A stretch of 64,000 bases of DNA from Candidatus Hydrogenedentota bacterium (GCA_963674865.2 CAXXYE010000009.1:96001-160000), one strand, 5' to 3'. Numbered from the stretch's first letter, positions 41,334 to 51,148 are shown. Program-made: numbers and translations. The notes: generated by a model not told the origin, from the sequence alone.

Positions 41334-44300
41334 TTAGTCCGGCTCAACGCGAACCACCGCTTCGGCGGATTCACCGGAGTACAGATCGGCCACGCGGATA
41401 CGCCAATCGCCTGTTGGATCGTTGTAGGCAAAGGGAAGAGCAATATCCCGAGCTTTGCGGCCGATGATAAGCGTCTTATCGAGCCACGGCGCCGGTTCTC
41501 CGTCGGGAGCTACTGCGGACACACGCAGGGCGTGACTGCCTTCGGCGCCCGGAACGCGGATCCGAGCGCTTGCCGCGGCCCCGGCAAATACGGACGCCCT
41601 CTTGAGCATGATCTCCGGCAGCGGCGCAGGCTCCGGCAGCAGGGCGAAGAACGAGGCGCTGTTGGGACGCAAAGACGTCACGAATCCTTCGACATGGCCA
41701 AGGGCTTCCTTGGACTTCAGATCGTAAACAGATTTCGCCGCGGGCAGCGTCACGCGCGCCTGCCCATCGTACTTTCCGAGAAGGGCCAATAGCTCGATAT
41801 CGCCGTTCCGCCAGCGCGTAATCTCGATATCCGGAGCGGGGTCGCCTTCCGGCGTCTCCACGCCGACCACAGCCGTGACGCCCGCAGTACCGAGAAGTTC
41901 TCGTATGAGCGTATGCACCGGGGCGTTGTATATCGCGAAGTTGAGCAACACGCCGCGGCCTTTGGCGAACTCGTTCACGATGCAGACGGGGTGGTTTAGG
42001 CCGTACCAGAAATGGATGGGAAACGCCTTGCCGAGTTCCTTGCCCGTCGTTACCGTCACGGTGGGATCCACGTGCATCTGAGGATAGATCTCATGGCCCT
42101 CCCAATTGCCCCATCGCATCGCGATCTTCCGGCCCGCAATTTCGCCGTCAACGGACATGCGGTCGAGGGCGATTGCGTCCTGCTTGCCAGTGCGCTCGAT
42201 ACCGAACACATCGTCAAGCACGCCCGCGTCAAGAGGTTTGCAGTGGCCATCGTAGATGCCGGGCCGAACATCCGCGATGAGTGTGCCGCCGCCTCGCACG
42301 AAGTCCCGGATGACCTCGGCCTCCTCAGGGCCAATCGCGAAGGCCAGCGGGAGGATCAGCGCCTTGAACCGCCCCGCGTCGAACTCGCCGAGGCGGAGCA
42401 TACGATCCGTAACGTACCTGAACTGCAACCCGGCCTCGTGGATGGCGTCATGCCAAAGGGCGTGATCGCGCTTGTAGTTGCCGTACGTGCGGTTGCCGTC
42501 GAAGTGCGCGATGTGGGTGGAAGGCATTGAATACAGCATGGCGACGGCGTCATCCTGCATCTCGCAGTGCATGAGCAAGTCCCCCAGCCCCTCGCGGACG
42601 ACACGCGTGTCGTCAAGCAGTTCCTGTGTGGCCGGAAACGGGACAAACGTGGGGGCGAGGTAACCGTGGTACCCGTCGAGGTTATCCCAGCGCCACCACT
42701 GGACGGTGTTCATGCAATTCGTGATCTGCCCCCAGTACTCATCAAGGAGCACGTCGGCCTTCATGGAATAGCCTGTCCAATTCCCCATGGGGAAATTGGG
42801 CGGCGCGATGGAGCGGACGACCTCGTTGGCCGGGCCGCCGTAAGGCCCGAAGTACTCGAGTTCGCGCACGAAGGCGTCTAAATCGCCTCCCTGCCTCGAA
42901 CGCGTCGTCAAGCGGCGGATGGTGAAGCTGTCGGTGCCCTCGAATCCCGTCAAGGCCTGCGGATCGAGCTCCTTGAACGCGCGAAGGAAACGCTTACACC
43001 ATTCCACGTACGTGTAGCACTGAAAGGCCTGGCGGTCATACCAGCGGGCGTAGTTCTCCCCCTGCAGTGCGCGCAGCTCTTCATTGATGCCGCCCAGGGC
43101 AATCTGCGCATCGCCGGCGCCTTCATTATCCGTCCTGTCTTTCTGGAGGCGCTGGGCGTAGTACTCCTTGAACCACCTGGGCGCGTTCTTGTCCGGCAGT
43201 TCCCCTTCTGTCAGGAGGGCGACATCCTCGAAAGCGGCGTAATCGGCGTCCCATTCCGCGTTGAGAGCAGCAATATCGCCGTACACGTTTCTGAGATACT
43301 CGTGATACGCGGCCAAGCAATGCGAGCTCAGGCAAGAGCCGCGCACCGCGTTCTCGTCGCCCAAGGAATAGACAAACACGCCGTGGCCTCGGGCCAACTG
43401 GTAGCGTTCGACCACAGAATCGACCCACTCCCGCATCTTGGCTTCGTCGTAAAGGCACCCGCCCTTCATGATGCCGTCCGGATCGAGCATGGCGGTGACC
43501 GTGTGACTGCTCTTGCGGAAGCTCGCGGCGTAGGGAACGTAGGATAACTCGCTGGCAGACATGGACAGCGGCGGGTCGCCGCCCTGGAGAATGGAGGTCG
43601 CCCCGTACGTGGCGAGGGCCTCAACGCCATAGGGGGCAAGATCGCCCGACGGGATATTCCAGACAACGAAGTTGAACTGGTTCTGATGGCGTTTCGTAAC
43701 GCGAAGGAAGCCATACTCCGAGGCCACTTCCCTGCCGTCATTCAGAATCACGGCCTCCACCCGCAGCAGCATAGGCATCCAGGACTCAATGGTGAAGTCG
43801 AACGGCGTCGTCGTCGCCGCCTCGTAATCCTTCTGCGCCAGCACGCGCCCGCGCTTGTCCAGCAGCCGAACACGGAGCGAGTCACCCGGCTCGATGCGTC
43901 CGCCCAAGGCCGCTTCACCGCGGAGCATTTCGCCGACCTCCGCCCATTCCTTCGCGAGCTTGACGGCCTCAATCCGCCGCTCCGACTTCACGGTGAAGGA
44001 AGCGCTCGCCCAATTCTCAATACCGGAGGCGCTCTCGGCAAACACGTCAACGTGGTATTCACCGGCGCGCAACCAAGGAAGGGTGAAGTGCGCGGAAGAC
44101 TCGCCGGCCGCGTCCACAGCGCCCAAACTCTCCCGGTGCCCGTCCCATCGGCGAACCTCGACGCGCAGCGTCGCTTCCCGCAAAGGCTCCGCCCAAGTCA
44201 CGGTGACGACCTCGCCCGGCAAACGCGCCCCATCAATGGCTTCGGCGGGAACGCTCACTTCGAGGGCCGGCCGCGGCGGCCGCCCGGCGGCCCATAGCAG

Positions 44301-45038
44301 GCCCCGCCCCTGGCGAGCCATCTGGTAATCGAGGTGCGTCTCCCAACCTGCGGCGTATTCGAGCCTTTCCCGGGACGGCATAAGAAGGATGCGGCCCTGC
44401 CCGCACCGGTAAGGCTGACCACCAAGCCCACGGCCATCCGCATCGTCATCCAGTCTTCGGGCGCGTTTGAAGGGTGAGGCATCGCTGTCCCCAACCACGA
44501 CAAGTCCCGCGCCCCCGTGAACTTGCTCCTCCAAGGCCGACTGAACGGCCTTGGGCAAGCCATCGACCTTCACGTGATTCAAAAAGAACACATCGTACGG
44601 CATCTGAAGCAGCCTGAGTACGCGGTTCGTGCCCGCTTGAGGATCATCGTACCACCGCGGATTGCCGTCGCCGAGGAGCCGGGCGGGGCCGGGCAGGTAG
44701 TAAGCGGCGTCGGCCTCGAGGTCGAACCGCTGCATGAGTTCGACGATCTCCCGGCCATCGGTACTGCCCTGAGCCCACGGGGCGAAGAACAGCACCCTCA
44801 CCGTACCTTGCGCATAGGGCTTTGCCCAGGGCGTATGAGGCGTCTCAAACGCCTTGGACAGGAGGTGCTCCATATCGAGCAGGCCCGGTATCTCAGCCGC
44901 GTGGGCGACATGCGGCGCCATGGCCATGAAGGCGCACCAAGCAACCAAAGCGAAACGCCCTCCCAGACGCGTCCGAAAACGTGTGCTCCGTGGCGTTTCG
45001 CGCGCAACATCCATACGTACGAAGGATTCTCCGGCCAT
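41334..45038 (-). CDS. Large secreted GH42-like / beta-galactosidase trimerization-domain glycoside hydrolase
   Basis: Signal-like region, YSLGDE, YGDIAALNAEW, GGGTLIAD glutamine-amidotransferase-like domain, NDPTGDWRI tail; start uncertain. Confidence 0.7.
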   Translation of the reverse strand: MAGESFVRMDVARETPRSTRFRTRLGGRFALVAWCAFMAMAPHVAHAAEIPGLLDMEHLLSKAFETPHTPWAKPYAQGTVRVLFFAPWAQGSTDGREIVELMQRFDLEADAAYYLPGPARLLGDGNPRWYDDPQAGTNRVLRLLQMPYDVFFLNHVKVDGLPKAVQSALEEQVHGGAGLVVVGDSDASPFKRARRLDDDADGRGLGGQPYRCGQGRILLMPSRERLEYAAGWETHLDYQMARQGRGLLWAAGRPPRPALEVSVPAEAIDGARLPGEVVTVTWAEPLREATLRVEVRRWDGHRESLGAVDAAGESSAHFTLPWLRAGEYHVDVFAESASGIENWASASFTVKSERRIEAVKLAKEWAEVGEMLRGEAALGGRIEPGDSLRVRLLDKRGRVLAQKDYEAATTTPFDFTIESWMPMLLRVEAVILNDGREVASEYGFLRVTKRHQNQFNFVVWNIPSGDLAPYGVEALATYGATSILQGGDPPLSMSASELSYVPYAASFRKSSHTVTAMLDPDGIMKGGCLYDEAKMREWVDSVVERYQLARGHGVFVYSLGDENAVRGSCLSSHCLAAYHEYLRNVYGDIAALNAEWDADYAAFEDVALLTEGELPDKNAPRWFKEYYAQRLQKDRTDNEGAGDAQIALGGINEELRALQGENYARWYDRQAFQCYTYVEWCKRFLRAFKELDPQALTGFEGTDSFTIRRLTTRSRQGGDLDAFVRELEYFGPYGGPANEVVRSIAPPNFPMGNWTGYSMKADVLLDEYWGQITNCMNTVQWWRWDNLDGYHGYLAPTFVPFPATQELLDDTRVVREGLGDLLMHCEMQDDAVAMLYSMPSTHIAHFDGNRTYGNYKRDHALWHDAIHEAGLQFRYVTDRMLRLGEFDAGRFKALILPLAFAIGPEEAEVIRDFVRGGGTLIADVRPGIYDGHCKPLDAGVLDDVFGIERTGKQDAIALDRMSVDGEIAGRKIAMRWGNWEGHEIYPQMHVDPTVTVTTGKELGKAFPIHFWYGLNHPVCIVNEFAKGRGVLLNFAIYNAPVHTLIRELLGTAGVTAVVGVETPEGDPAPDIEITRWRNGDIELLALLGKYDGQARVTLPAAKSVYDLKSKEALGHVEGFVTSLRPNSASFFALLPEPAPLPEIMLKRASVFAGAAASARIRVPGAEGSHALRVSAVAPDGEPAPWLDKTLIIGRKARDIALPFAYNDPTGDWRIRVADLYSGESAEAVVRVEPD

Positions 45039-45206
45039 TGCGGTCTCCTTCCAGAAGCTGTGGTCGTAGGCCCGGGTCGTAGCCCTTCGTGCTTCGTGCA
45101 GGTCGAAGCGGGCAATTCCCAAGACCTTAGCAGCCGGAGTCTCGTTGCGCAAGACATTCGCGGCCGACCGGGCACATAGAGGGCACGTAATGAATCCCGG
45201 AGGGCA

Positions 45207-45235
45207 TTGTATTCTCACCAGGACGTGTGTATCAT
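45207..45235 (+). promoter_or_regulatory. Putative sigma70 promoter for the micro-peptide gene
   Basis: TTGTAT-17 bp-TATCAT. Confidence 0.45.
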
Positions 45236-45298
45236 GTCCTTGTCTTAGTGACCGAGCGTGTGGACACTTGGTTGTTCAACAGGAAAGGAGCACGTTAA

Positions 45299-45379
45299 AT
45301 GGACTTCTTAGAGGATATTTGGAACTGGATCCTGGACGTACTTGACTTCCTCTTCGGCTGGATTTTCGACCTTTTCTAG
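45299..45379 (+). CDS. 26-aa anionic amphipathic small protein
   Basis: Hand-translated MDFLEDIWNWILDVLDFLFGWIFDLF*; AGGAAAGGAG RBS 8 nt upstream; helical periodicity. Confidence 0.7.
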   Translation: MDFLEDIWNWILDVLDFLFGWIFDLF

Positions 45380-45396
45380 GGATTGACGGCCATTCA

Positions 45397-45420
45397 CCAC
45401 TCGCGCCGCCGCGCGGGTGG
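45397..45420 (+). terminator. GC-rich hairpin after the micro-peptide gene
   Basis: CCACTCGCGC-cgcc-GCGCGGGTGG followed by T-rich CATATGTTGTTT. Confidence 0.45.
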
Positions 45421-45601
45421 CATATGTTGTTTCCGATAAGTGTAATGTGGGCCATCTGGGTGTGCGGCATACGCCAGGTGGCCTTTTTCTCGCCGGGCGG
45501 CGGCCAAAATGGCGCACAAGATATGGACAAATAGGCATTTAGCGGCACACGCCAGCGGGAAGACTGATGAGCGGCCCGGCAGGTGGGCAACCGCAGTTGG
45601 G

Positions 45602-45629
45602 GCGCGGCGCAATTGACAACCCGGCCACC
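45602..45629. repeat. Dispersed 28-bp repeat, copy A
   Basis: GCGCGGCGCAATTGACAACCCGGCCACC; 27/28 identical to 52101-52128. Confidence 0.8.
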
Positions 45630-45732
45630 AGGGGGGAGGCCGGTTGGCAACAAAACCATGCGTGTGGTATATTGAAAAGGTCCCGAATCGGGGTTTTCGA
45701 GCCTTTTTCGGGGTGTGAAGGAGGAAATCGGC

Positions 45733-46542
45733 ATGGGACTTCGGATCAACACAAATATTCCAGCGCTCGACGCCCAACGCCAGACGGAACGCACCTCGAA
45801 TCAACTTGTCAAAACGCTGGGCCAACTCTCCACCGGGCTAGAGATTAACAAGGCGGCGGACAACGCCGCGGGACTCGCCATTGCCGAACGTCTCCGGACA
45901 CAGGTTCGTCAGCTGAATCAAGAAGTCAGCAATCTGCAGTCCGGCGTGAGCGCCGTCCAGACGGCGGAAGGCGGGCTTGAGTCCCAACAGGAAGGCGTGG
46001 AACGCCTGAGAGAGCTGTCCCTCCAAGCCGCCAACGGCACCCTGACGGACGACCAACGTGCGGCCATCAATACTGAGGCACAGCAAATCATCGAGCAGAT
46101 CGGCCAAACCGCTGACAATACAGAGTTTAACGGCACACAACTGCTGAACGGCACGACAACGGAGATCGAGCTTGGCACCGAGGGGGGCAACGCGGTCACC
46201 CTCAACGAGTCCACCGTCGATTCCCTCGGCCTTACCGGCCTTGACCTCAGCACTCAAGAGGGCGCCGCAGCCGCCGTCGAAACGGCTGATACGGCCCTTA
46301 ACCGCATCAATCAGAACCGGGCCGGCCTCGGGGCACAAGAAAACGCCCTAACGGCGGCCATCGACCAGCGCGAGACGGAGGCCCTCAACGAGCAAGCGGC
46401 GGAATCCCGTATCCGCGACCTCGATGTTGCTCAGGCCGCCATTGAACAAGCCCGCAATGAGACGCTGCTCCAAAGCGGAATAGCCGGCATCATCCAGGGG
46501 AACGTGCAGAACGAGACGGCGGCACAATTGCTCGGCGGATAG
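45733..46542 (+). CDS. fliC: Flagellin (minimal D0/D1 type)
   Basis: LRINTNI, LSTGLEINKAADNAAGLAI, QTAEGGL, NRAGLGAQEN, ESRIRDLD; GAAGGAGG RBS. Confidence 0.88.
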   Translation: MGLRINTNIPALDAQRQTERTSNQLVKTLGQLSTGLEINKAADNAAGLAIAERLRTQVRQLNQEVSNLQSGVSAVQTAEGGLESQQEGVERLRELSLQAANGTLTDDQRAAINTEAQQIIEQIGQTADNTEFNGTQLLNGTTTEIELGTEGGNAVTLNESTVDSLGLTGLDLSTQEGAAAAVETADTALNRINQNRAGLGAQENALTAAIDQRETEALNEQAAESRIRDLDVAQAAIEQARNETLLQSGIAGIIQGNVQNETAAQLLGG

Positions 46543-46672
46543 GACGGAGCAACCGCACCTACTCGAGCAGCTTCTCGGTTCAGCTTCGTAGGGGAATTCC
46601 GGCCCGTTTTGTTTTCTTGCCCTCGGGGGATACGGCAAACCGGATAAATGGCTGATTGACATAGGGATAGGT

Positions 46673-47614
46673 ATGGAGCTGGGGCTTCAATTCTTCCGGG
46701 TCATCTTGTTCTGCACGGGCATCGCGGTTGTCTACTACTTGGCGATTCGCTGGTGCGTAGGCTACTGGTGGCGACTCATCCGGAAGCGGGAACCCACTTG
46801 CGCCCTATACAATCGCGCCTCAGCGGCCGCCGTGTTCGCCGTGGTCGCCTTCGGCTCGGGCTGCATGGCATATGGCTTCCTGGTAGCGCCGGACCGCCTC
46901 ACCGTGACGCGCTACGCCATCGAAAGCCCAAAGCTCCCCGCCGGCACGCGGATTCGGATTGTGCACCTGGCGGATCTTCATGTGAGAAAGGAAGGGCCGC
47001 GGGAGCGAAAGTTGCCCGGCATGGTGCGCGCTCTCGAACCGGACCTCATCCTGCATACGGGCGATCTCTTCGGCAAACGGCAAGGCGTTGAGCATGTGGT
47101 GACCAACCTCCTGAAGTCTTGGGATGTCCCCCAGTATGCGTGCCGGGGCAATCTGGACGGAATGGGGGCCTTCCGAAACGTCCTTGACAGAGCCGGCGTC
47201 ATGGCGCTCGACGGTCGTCCAATCATCCAGGAGGTAAACGGGGCACGCCTCCGCATTCTGGGATTTCCCTCAGGCCACGAGGTCGGAATGGCCCACGTGT
47301 TGAAGGATGTACCGGATGACGCTTTCAACATCGTGCTCTATCACCACCCCGAGGGGTTCCCGTGCACATGGGATACAGCAACGGACCTCATGCTCGCCGG
47401 CCACACGCACGGCGGGCAGGTGTGTCTGCCCCTCTATGGCGCGCTGATCACGATGGATCGGTTTGGTAAACGTTGGGAATCGGGCCGGTTCGAGGAGAAC
47501 GGCGTGACCTTGATAGTCTCGCGAGGAATAGGCTGTGAGCCTCACGTGCCGGAGGTCCGCTTCTGGTGTCCGCCGGAAGTAGTTGTCATCGACCTCCTAG
47601 GCCCGGCCATGTAG
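46673..47614 (+). CDS. Membrane-anchored metallophosphoesterase (YkuE-like)
   Basis: DLH, GDL, GNLD, GHTHGGQ, SRGIG motifs. Confidence 0.9.
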   Translation: MELGLQFFRVILFCTGIAVVYYLAIRWCVGYWWRLIRKREPTCALYNRASAAAVFAVVAFGSGCMAYGFLVAPDRLTVTRYAIESPKLPAGTRIRIVHLADLHVRKEGPRERKLPGMVRALEPDLILHTGDLFGKRQGVEHVVTNLLKSWDVPQYACRGNLDGMGAFRNVLDRAGVMALDGRPIIQEVNGARLRILGFPSGHEVGMAHVLKDVPDDAFNIVLYHHPEGFPCTWDTATDLMLAGHTHGGQVCLPLYGALITMDRFGKRWESGRFEENGVTLIVSRGIGCEPHVPEVRFWCPPEVVVIDLLGPAM

Positions 47615-47762
47615 CACTCTCACTCGGCACGGACCACTTCATCGCCCGGTCACCCACTCAATGTGTCTTGAAATGACTATGTCACTTTGCTTAGTATGCG
47701 CTTCTATCAAGGCGATGGGGAGCTGGGGCGCAAGCTAGGGAGAGAAGCGGAAGGGGTACAAG

Positions 47763-48581
47763 GTGAAGAGTATACATTGGATTTTCTGGTTGGGGGTTCT
47801 GGTTTGCGTTATTGGCTTGGCCACGTTGCCGTGCAAAGCCGAACCGGCGGCGGAACCGGAGAAGGCAAGCGATGAGCAGGCCACGACGAATTCGTTCGAG
47901 CGACGCTGGTTCATCATTTACGGCTTGGCCAATCTGCAGCCCGAACTCGACGAAACCGAGGGCAAAATCAACCGCCTGATCAATCACGGGCTCGGCGGCA
48001 TCACGCCGTGTTGGAACAAACCGGAGACGTTTGCCGATTGGCGCGATGATTTCAAGCTCTGGGACATCCATCTTGGGGGCGGACTTGAGCTTACCGAGAA
48101 ACTGTCATGGTACTCGACCGTCGGCTGCGTTAAGGGGACGACAAAGACCACGACGAACCGGTTTCCCCTGCTACTCCCCCTCGAGACGGACGTGAAGTTC
48201 GAACGGCTCGTATGGTTCGTTTCGAGCGGCATCGACTATTATCCTTGGGGAAAGCCTTATCTGAAGGCTCCTGAGGACGGCGAGAACGGCCTCATGCGCC
48301 GCCTCCGCGGGAGTAAGCCCTATTTCGAGGGCGCGCTCGGCTACGTCCACATCGAGACGGAAGGGGATATCGACCTCAAGGTCTTGTTCGGGCCGAAGCT
48401 CTATCGCTATCGCGACACCGCCGTATACGACCTTACCTATCTCAGCCCACGCCTGGGTGTAGAGATCCCCATAACCCAGAAGACCAATCTGGCCCTCCAG
48501 GCGGGCTACCTGTTCTTCACCTCCCACAAGAACGAATACGACAACGGCTCTTACTACCTTCTCTTCAAACGGTATTTCTGA
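47763..48581 (+). CDS. Secreted hypothetical protein, probable outer-membrane beta-barrel
   Basis: Signal peptide, alternating beta-strand pattern, C-terminal Phe (FKRYF). Confidence 0.6.
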   Translation: MKSIHWIFWLGVLVCVIGLATLPCKAEPAAEPEKASDEQATTNSFERRWFIIYGLANLQPELDETEGKINRLINHGLGGITPCWNKPETFADWRDDFKLWDIHLGGGLELTEKLSWYSTVGCVKGTTKTTTNRFPLLLPLETDVKFERLVWFVSSGIDYYPWGKPYLKAPEDGENGLMRRLRGSKPYFEGALGYVHIETEGDIDLKVLFGPKLYRYRDTAVYDLTYLSPRLGVEIPITQKTNLALQAGYLFFTSHKNEYDNGSYYLLFKRYF

Positions 48582-48604
48582 CGGCTGGGGAGGCCGAAAG
48601 TCCT

Positions 48605-48637
48605 TGCCGGCCCCGTGCTTACTTATCGGGGCCGGCA
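48605..48637. terminator. Perfect 11-bp inverted repeat between convergent genes
   Basis: TGCCGGCCCCG ... CGGGGCCGGCA. Confidence 0.55.
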
Positions 48638-48645
48638 GGCTATAC

Positions 48646-48778
48646 TAGGTGGTGTCTGAGAAGCCGGAGGTATCGGCGGGCTGTGTGTGAACCTGTCCGC
48701 CGACGATGGCAAACGCGACGAAGCCCCCACAGATACTCCTGCTGCTCGGAACGGAATCGAGTTTCCAGACACAGCCTA
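48646..48778. repeat. 133-bp element with terminal inverted repeats (MITE-like or structured RNA)
   Basis: Ends TAGGTGGTGTCTGAGAA / TTTCCAGACACAGCCTA; inner stems GGAGGTATC/GATACTCC and TCGGCGG/CCGCCGA. Confidence 0.55.
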
Positions 48779-49774
48779 ATCGGATACGGCCACCGTCGTT
48801 GGCGCTTGCTTGAGCAAAGGCTGCAGGGCCTTATCGATGGCCGCTTCATCTTGGCCTACCTCGGCCTTGAACAAATACCAGTCTTCCATATGGCCGACTG
48901 TCCCGCCATCCGGTGGCAGTGTTGTCATCGCCCCAAGGCTCTCGACCTCGAGCATGTCCGCGTTCGTGAACGACTCGAAGTTGCAGCCGAAGTCGGGATA
49001 CACACCGTCGACATCACAGGGGAACCGCTTGATGAAGACATCCCCATTGAGGGTGTAGGCCGCCCAGCCCGGCTTATTCATCAGGCCCACCTTCTGCGGT
49101 GAGGTCGCCTCGGGATCCTGCCGCAACTGGATGTACTTCGTGCCCCAAGTCCAACGCGGATCCTGCATGTCCGTGTAATGCCAAAGCACGCAGGGCCGCG
49201 CGGGCAGCAGATAGTCGCTGTGCGCACGATACGGCTCCTGCGGGAAGATAGCACGCCCGCCCGGGGCCATAACCGTTAGAGCCCAGGAGGCGAGATCGAC
49301 GGCCCAGGCGTTCTCGTTGATCAGCCGGTGCTGAACCGTTACGTGCGGGCCATCGGGATCCAGCACGATATCCATTTCCTTGCGAATGCCCGTGGACTCC
49401 TCGACGGGCTGAAACAACCGGAGGGCCTTGCCGTCCCACTCGTACTCAACCGGCACATTGTCGGCCCAGTATGTGCGCGGCTTGGCCTCAGGGGCGTGCC
49501 AGAGCCGGTGGCCGCCGTATATGAGCCATTCATCGCCGCCCGTCTGCCCGAGCTGCTCCGCGTATTCCTTGAAGACATTTTGCCCGTCCACAAATCCAAA
49601 TCGTATGACGCGCGGCCCGACGTCCGTCGTAACGACAAGTTCGACGGCGCCGTTGCTCAGACGAACACAGTTCTCCCAGCCGCCATAGGAGACCTTGTCC
49701 ATACTGACCTCCGCCTGTGCCGCGAGCCCGGCCCCACAAATCAACGCTATCGACAAAGCTGTTGTACGCATCAT
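48776..49774 (-). CDS. Secreted DUF4380-like / galactose-mutarotase-fold protein
   Basis: Signal peptide; VGPRVI, YGGHRLWHAPE, YPDFGCNFE; start uncertain (49771-49789). Confidence 0.65.
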   Translation of the reverse strand: MMRTTALSIALICGAGLAAQAEVSMDKVSYGGWENCVRLSNGAVELVVTTDVGPRVIRFGFVDGQNVFKEYAEQLGQTGGDEWLIYGGHRLWHAPEAKPRTYWADNVPVEYEWDGKALRLFQPVEESTGIRKEMDIVLDPDGPHVTVQHRLINENAWAVDLASWALTVMAPGGRAIFPQEPYRAHSDYLLPARPCVLWHYTDMQDPRWTWGTKYIQLRQDPEATSPQKVGLMNKPGWAAYTLNGDVFIKRFPCDVDGVYPDFGCNFESFTNADMLEVESLGAMTTLPPDGGTVGHMEDWYLFKAEVGQDEAAIDKALQPLLKQAPTTVAVSD

Positions 49775-49935
49775 TGGAATTCCTCCCACCTAATATGACG
49801 CCGCCCAGTTCATCGAGATTTCATGAGAACCACTCTAGCAGATCACGGCCAAAGGGTCGAGCCTATTCGCGGCGGAGAAGGGCATCCGCGATCTAGCCGG
49901 CGCCCCCCGTGAGTACTGACGTGGCATCGGGCGGG

Positions 49936-51148
49936 CTGGATTCAATGAGCAAGTGCAACGGCGTGTAGCTTGAAGACTTCGTTAGGAGTTCGGTATCCCA
50001 GTTTTTTGCGTGGCCTGTTGTTAAGTTGACGGACGTAGCTTTGGAGCTGGCTTTCGGCAATTTCCCTGAAGTTGGTGTTCTTGGGGAGATACTGGCGTAG
50101 GAGGCCGTTGGTGTTTTCGTTGGTGCCGCGCTCGTAGGCGGCATAGGGATTGGCGAAGTAGGTGTCGAGGCCCAAGACCTCGGCGATGTGTCTGTGGTGA
50201 GCGAATTCGCTGCCGTTATCGAAGGTGATGGTCTTTGTCCAGTGGGCGGGCAGGTGCCTGAGTTGGTCGATGGCAGCCTGGGCGACGCCGTCGGCATGAC
50301 GGGAGCCGAGCAGTGCGGCCCGTAGCAGCAAGGACTTACGTTCCACCAGGGTAAGCACGGCGCCCTGTTGGTTGGCCCCGACGAGTAGATCTCCTTCCCA
50401 ATCCCCGTAGCGCTTTCGGGTGGCGACCTCGGGCGGCCGGGCCTCGATGCCGACGCGATTGGGAATGAAGGGCCTCGTGGGGCGGCGCTCCCCGCGTTTG
50501 CGGCGGCGCGGCCGCCGGCGTCGAAGACAACCGATCAAGGGATTGCCTAGCTTTTCATCGGTGTACAACGAGCGGTAGATGGTCTCGGGACTGACGCGCA
50601 TGCGCGGTTGGCCGGGGAAATCCAGCCAGAGGCGGCCCGCAATCTGCTCCGGCGACCATCCTTCCGTCATCTTGTCGAAGAGATAGCGCCGTAACGCCGG
50701 CTCACTGAGCGAGGTGGTTCTTCGGCAAGTCTTGCGGACCTGCTCGTATCGTTTCTGGGCGCGCGCCGCGGAATATGCCTTGGACGGGGCCCGATTCCGA
50801 GCCAGTTCCCGGCACACCGTCGAGGCGCTACGGCCCAACTGGACGGCAATGGCCCGTTGACTCAGCCCTTGGCTAAGCCATGCTTGTATCTGTCCGCGTT
50901 CCATTGGTGTAAGATGGCGATAGGGCATCGAGACTCCTTTCGGTTCTTGGTTCGTGCAAAAAACCAGTGTACCGAACGGATTCCTCGATGCCTTCCTTGT
51001 TCTGTCTGCCTTGTGCTCAGAACTCACCTACAGCAAAGGGGGGCCCTTCCCGCTGTCGCCGTCCGCCGCCGCTCAGGGGTGAGCGACGAACGGCTCCGAC
51101 GGGAAAGGGCACTCACCCAACCATGTTGCACTTACAATAAGAACTCAG
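49936..51148 (-). mobile_element. IS30 family insertion sequence (~1.2 kb)
   Basis: Imperfect IRs CTGGATTCAATGAGCAAGTGCAAC (49936) and reverse complement CTGAGTTCTTATTGTAAGTGCAAC (51148); GGG on both flanks; IS30 transposase inside. Confidence 0.85.
49942..50928 (-). CDS. IS30 family transposase
   Basis: HTH RSASTVCRELARN, WSPEQI, GDWEGD, TFDNGSEF, ERGTNENTNGLLRQY, LNNRPRK. Confidence 0.95.
   Translation of the reverse strand: MPYRHLTPMERGQIQAWLSQGLSQRAIAVQLGRSASTVCRELARNRAPSKAYSAARAQKRYEQVRKTCRRTTSLSEPALRRYLFDKMTEGWSPEQIAGRLWLDFPGQPRMRVSPETIYRSLYTDEKLGNPLIGCLRRRRPRRRKRGERRPTRPFIPNRVGIEARPPEVATRKRYGDWEGDLLVGANQQGAVLTLVERKSLLLRAALLGSRHADGVAQAAIDQLRHLPAHWTKTITFDNGSEFAHHRHIAEVLGLDTYFANPYAAYERGTNENTNGLLRQYLPKNTNFREIAESQLQSYVRQLNNRPRKKLGYRTPNEVFKLHAVALAH

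Noticed and set aside
45425..45445. CCGATAA as a sigma28 -10 box for the flagellin
   Set aside because: No TAAA -35 at the right spacing, and ~290 bp from the start codon
48646..48778. Assignment as 6S RNA, SRP RNA or c-di-GMP riboswitch
   Set aside because: Too short for 6S, lacks the SRP GGAA-loop consensus, shows only a partial GGCAAAC similarity, and lies between convergent gene ends
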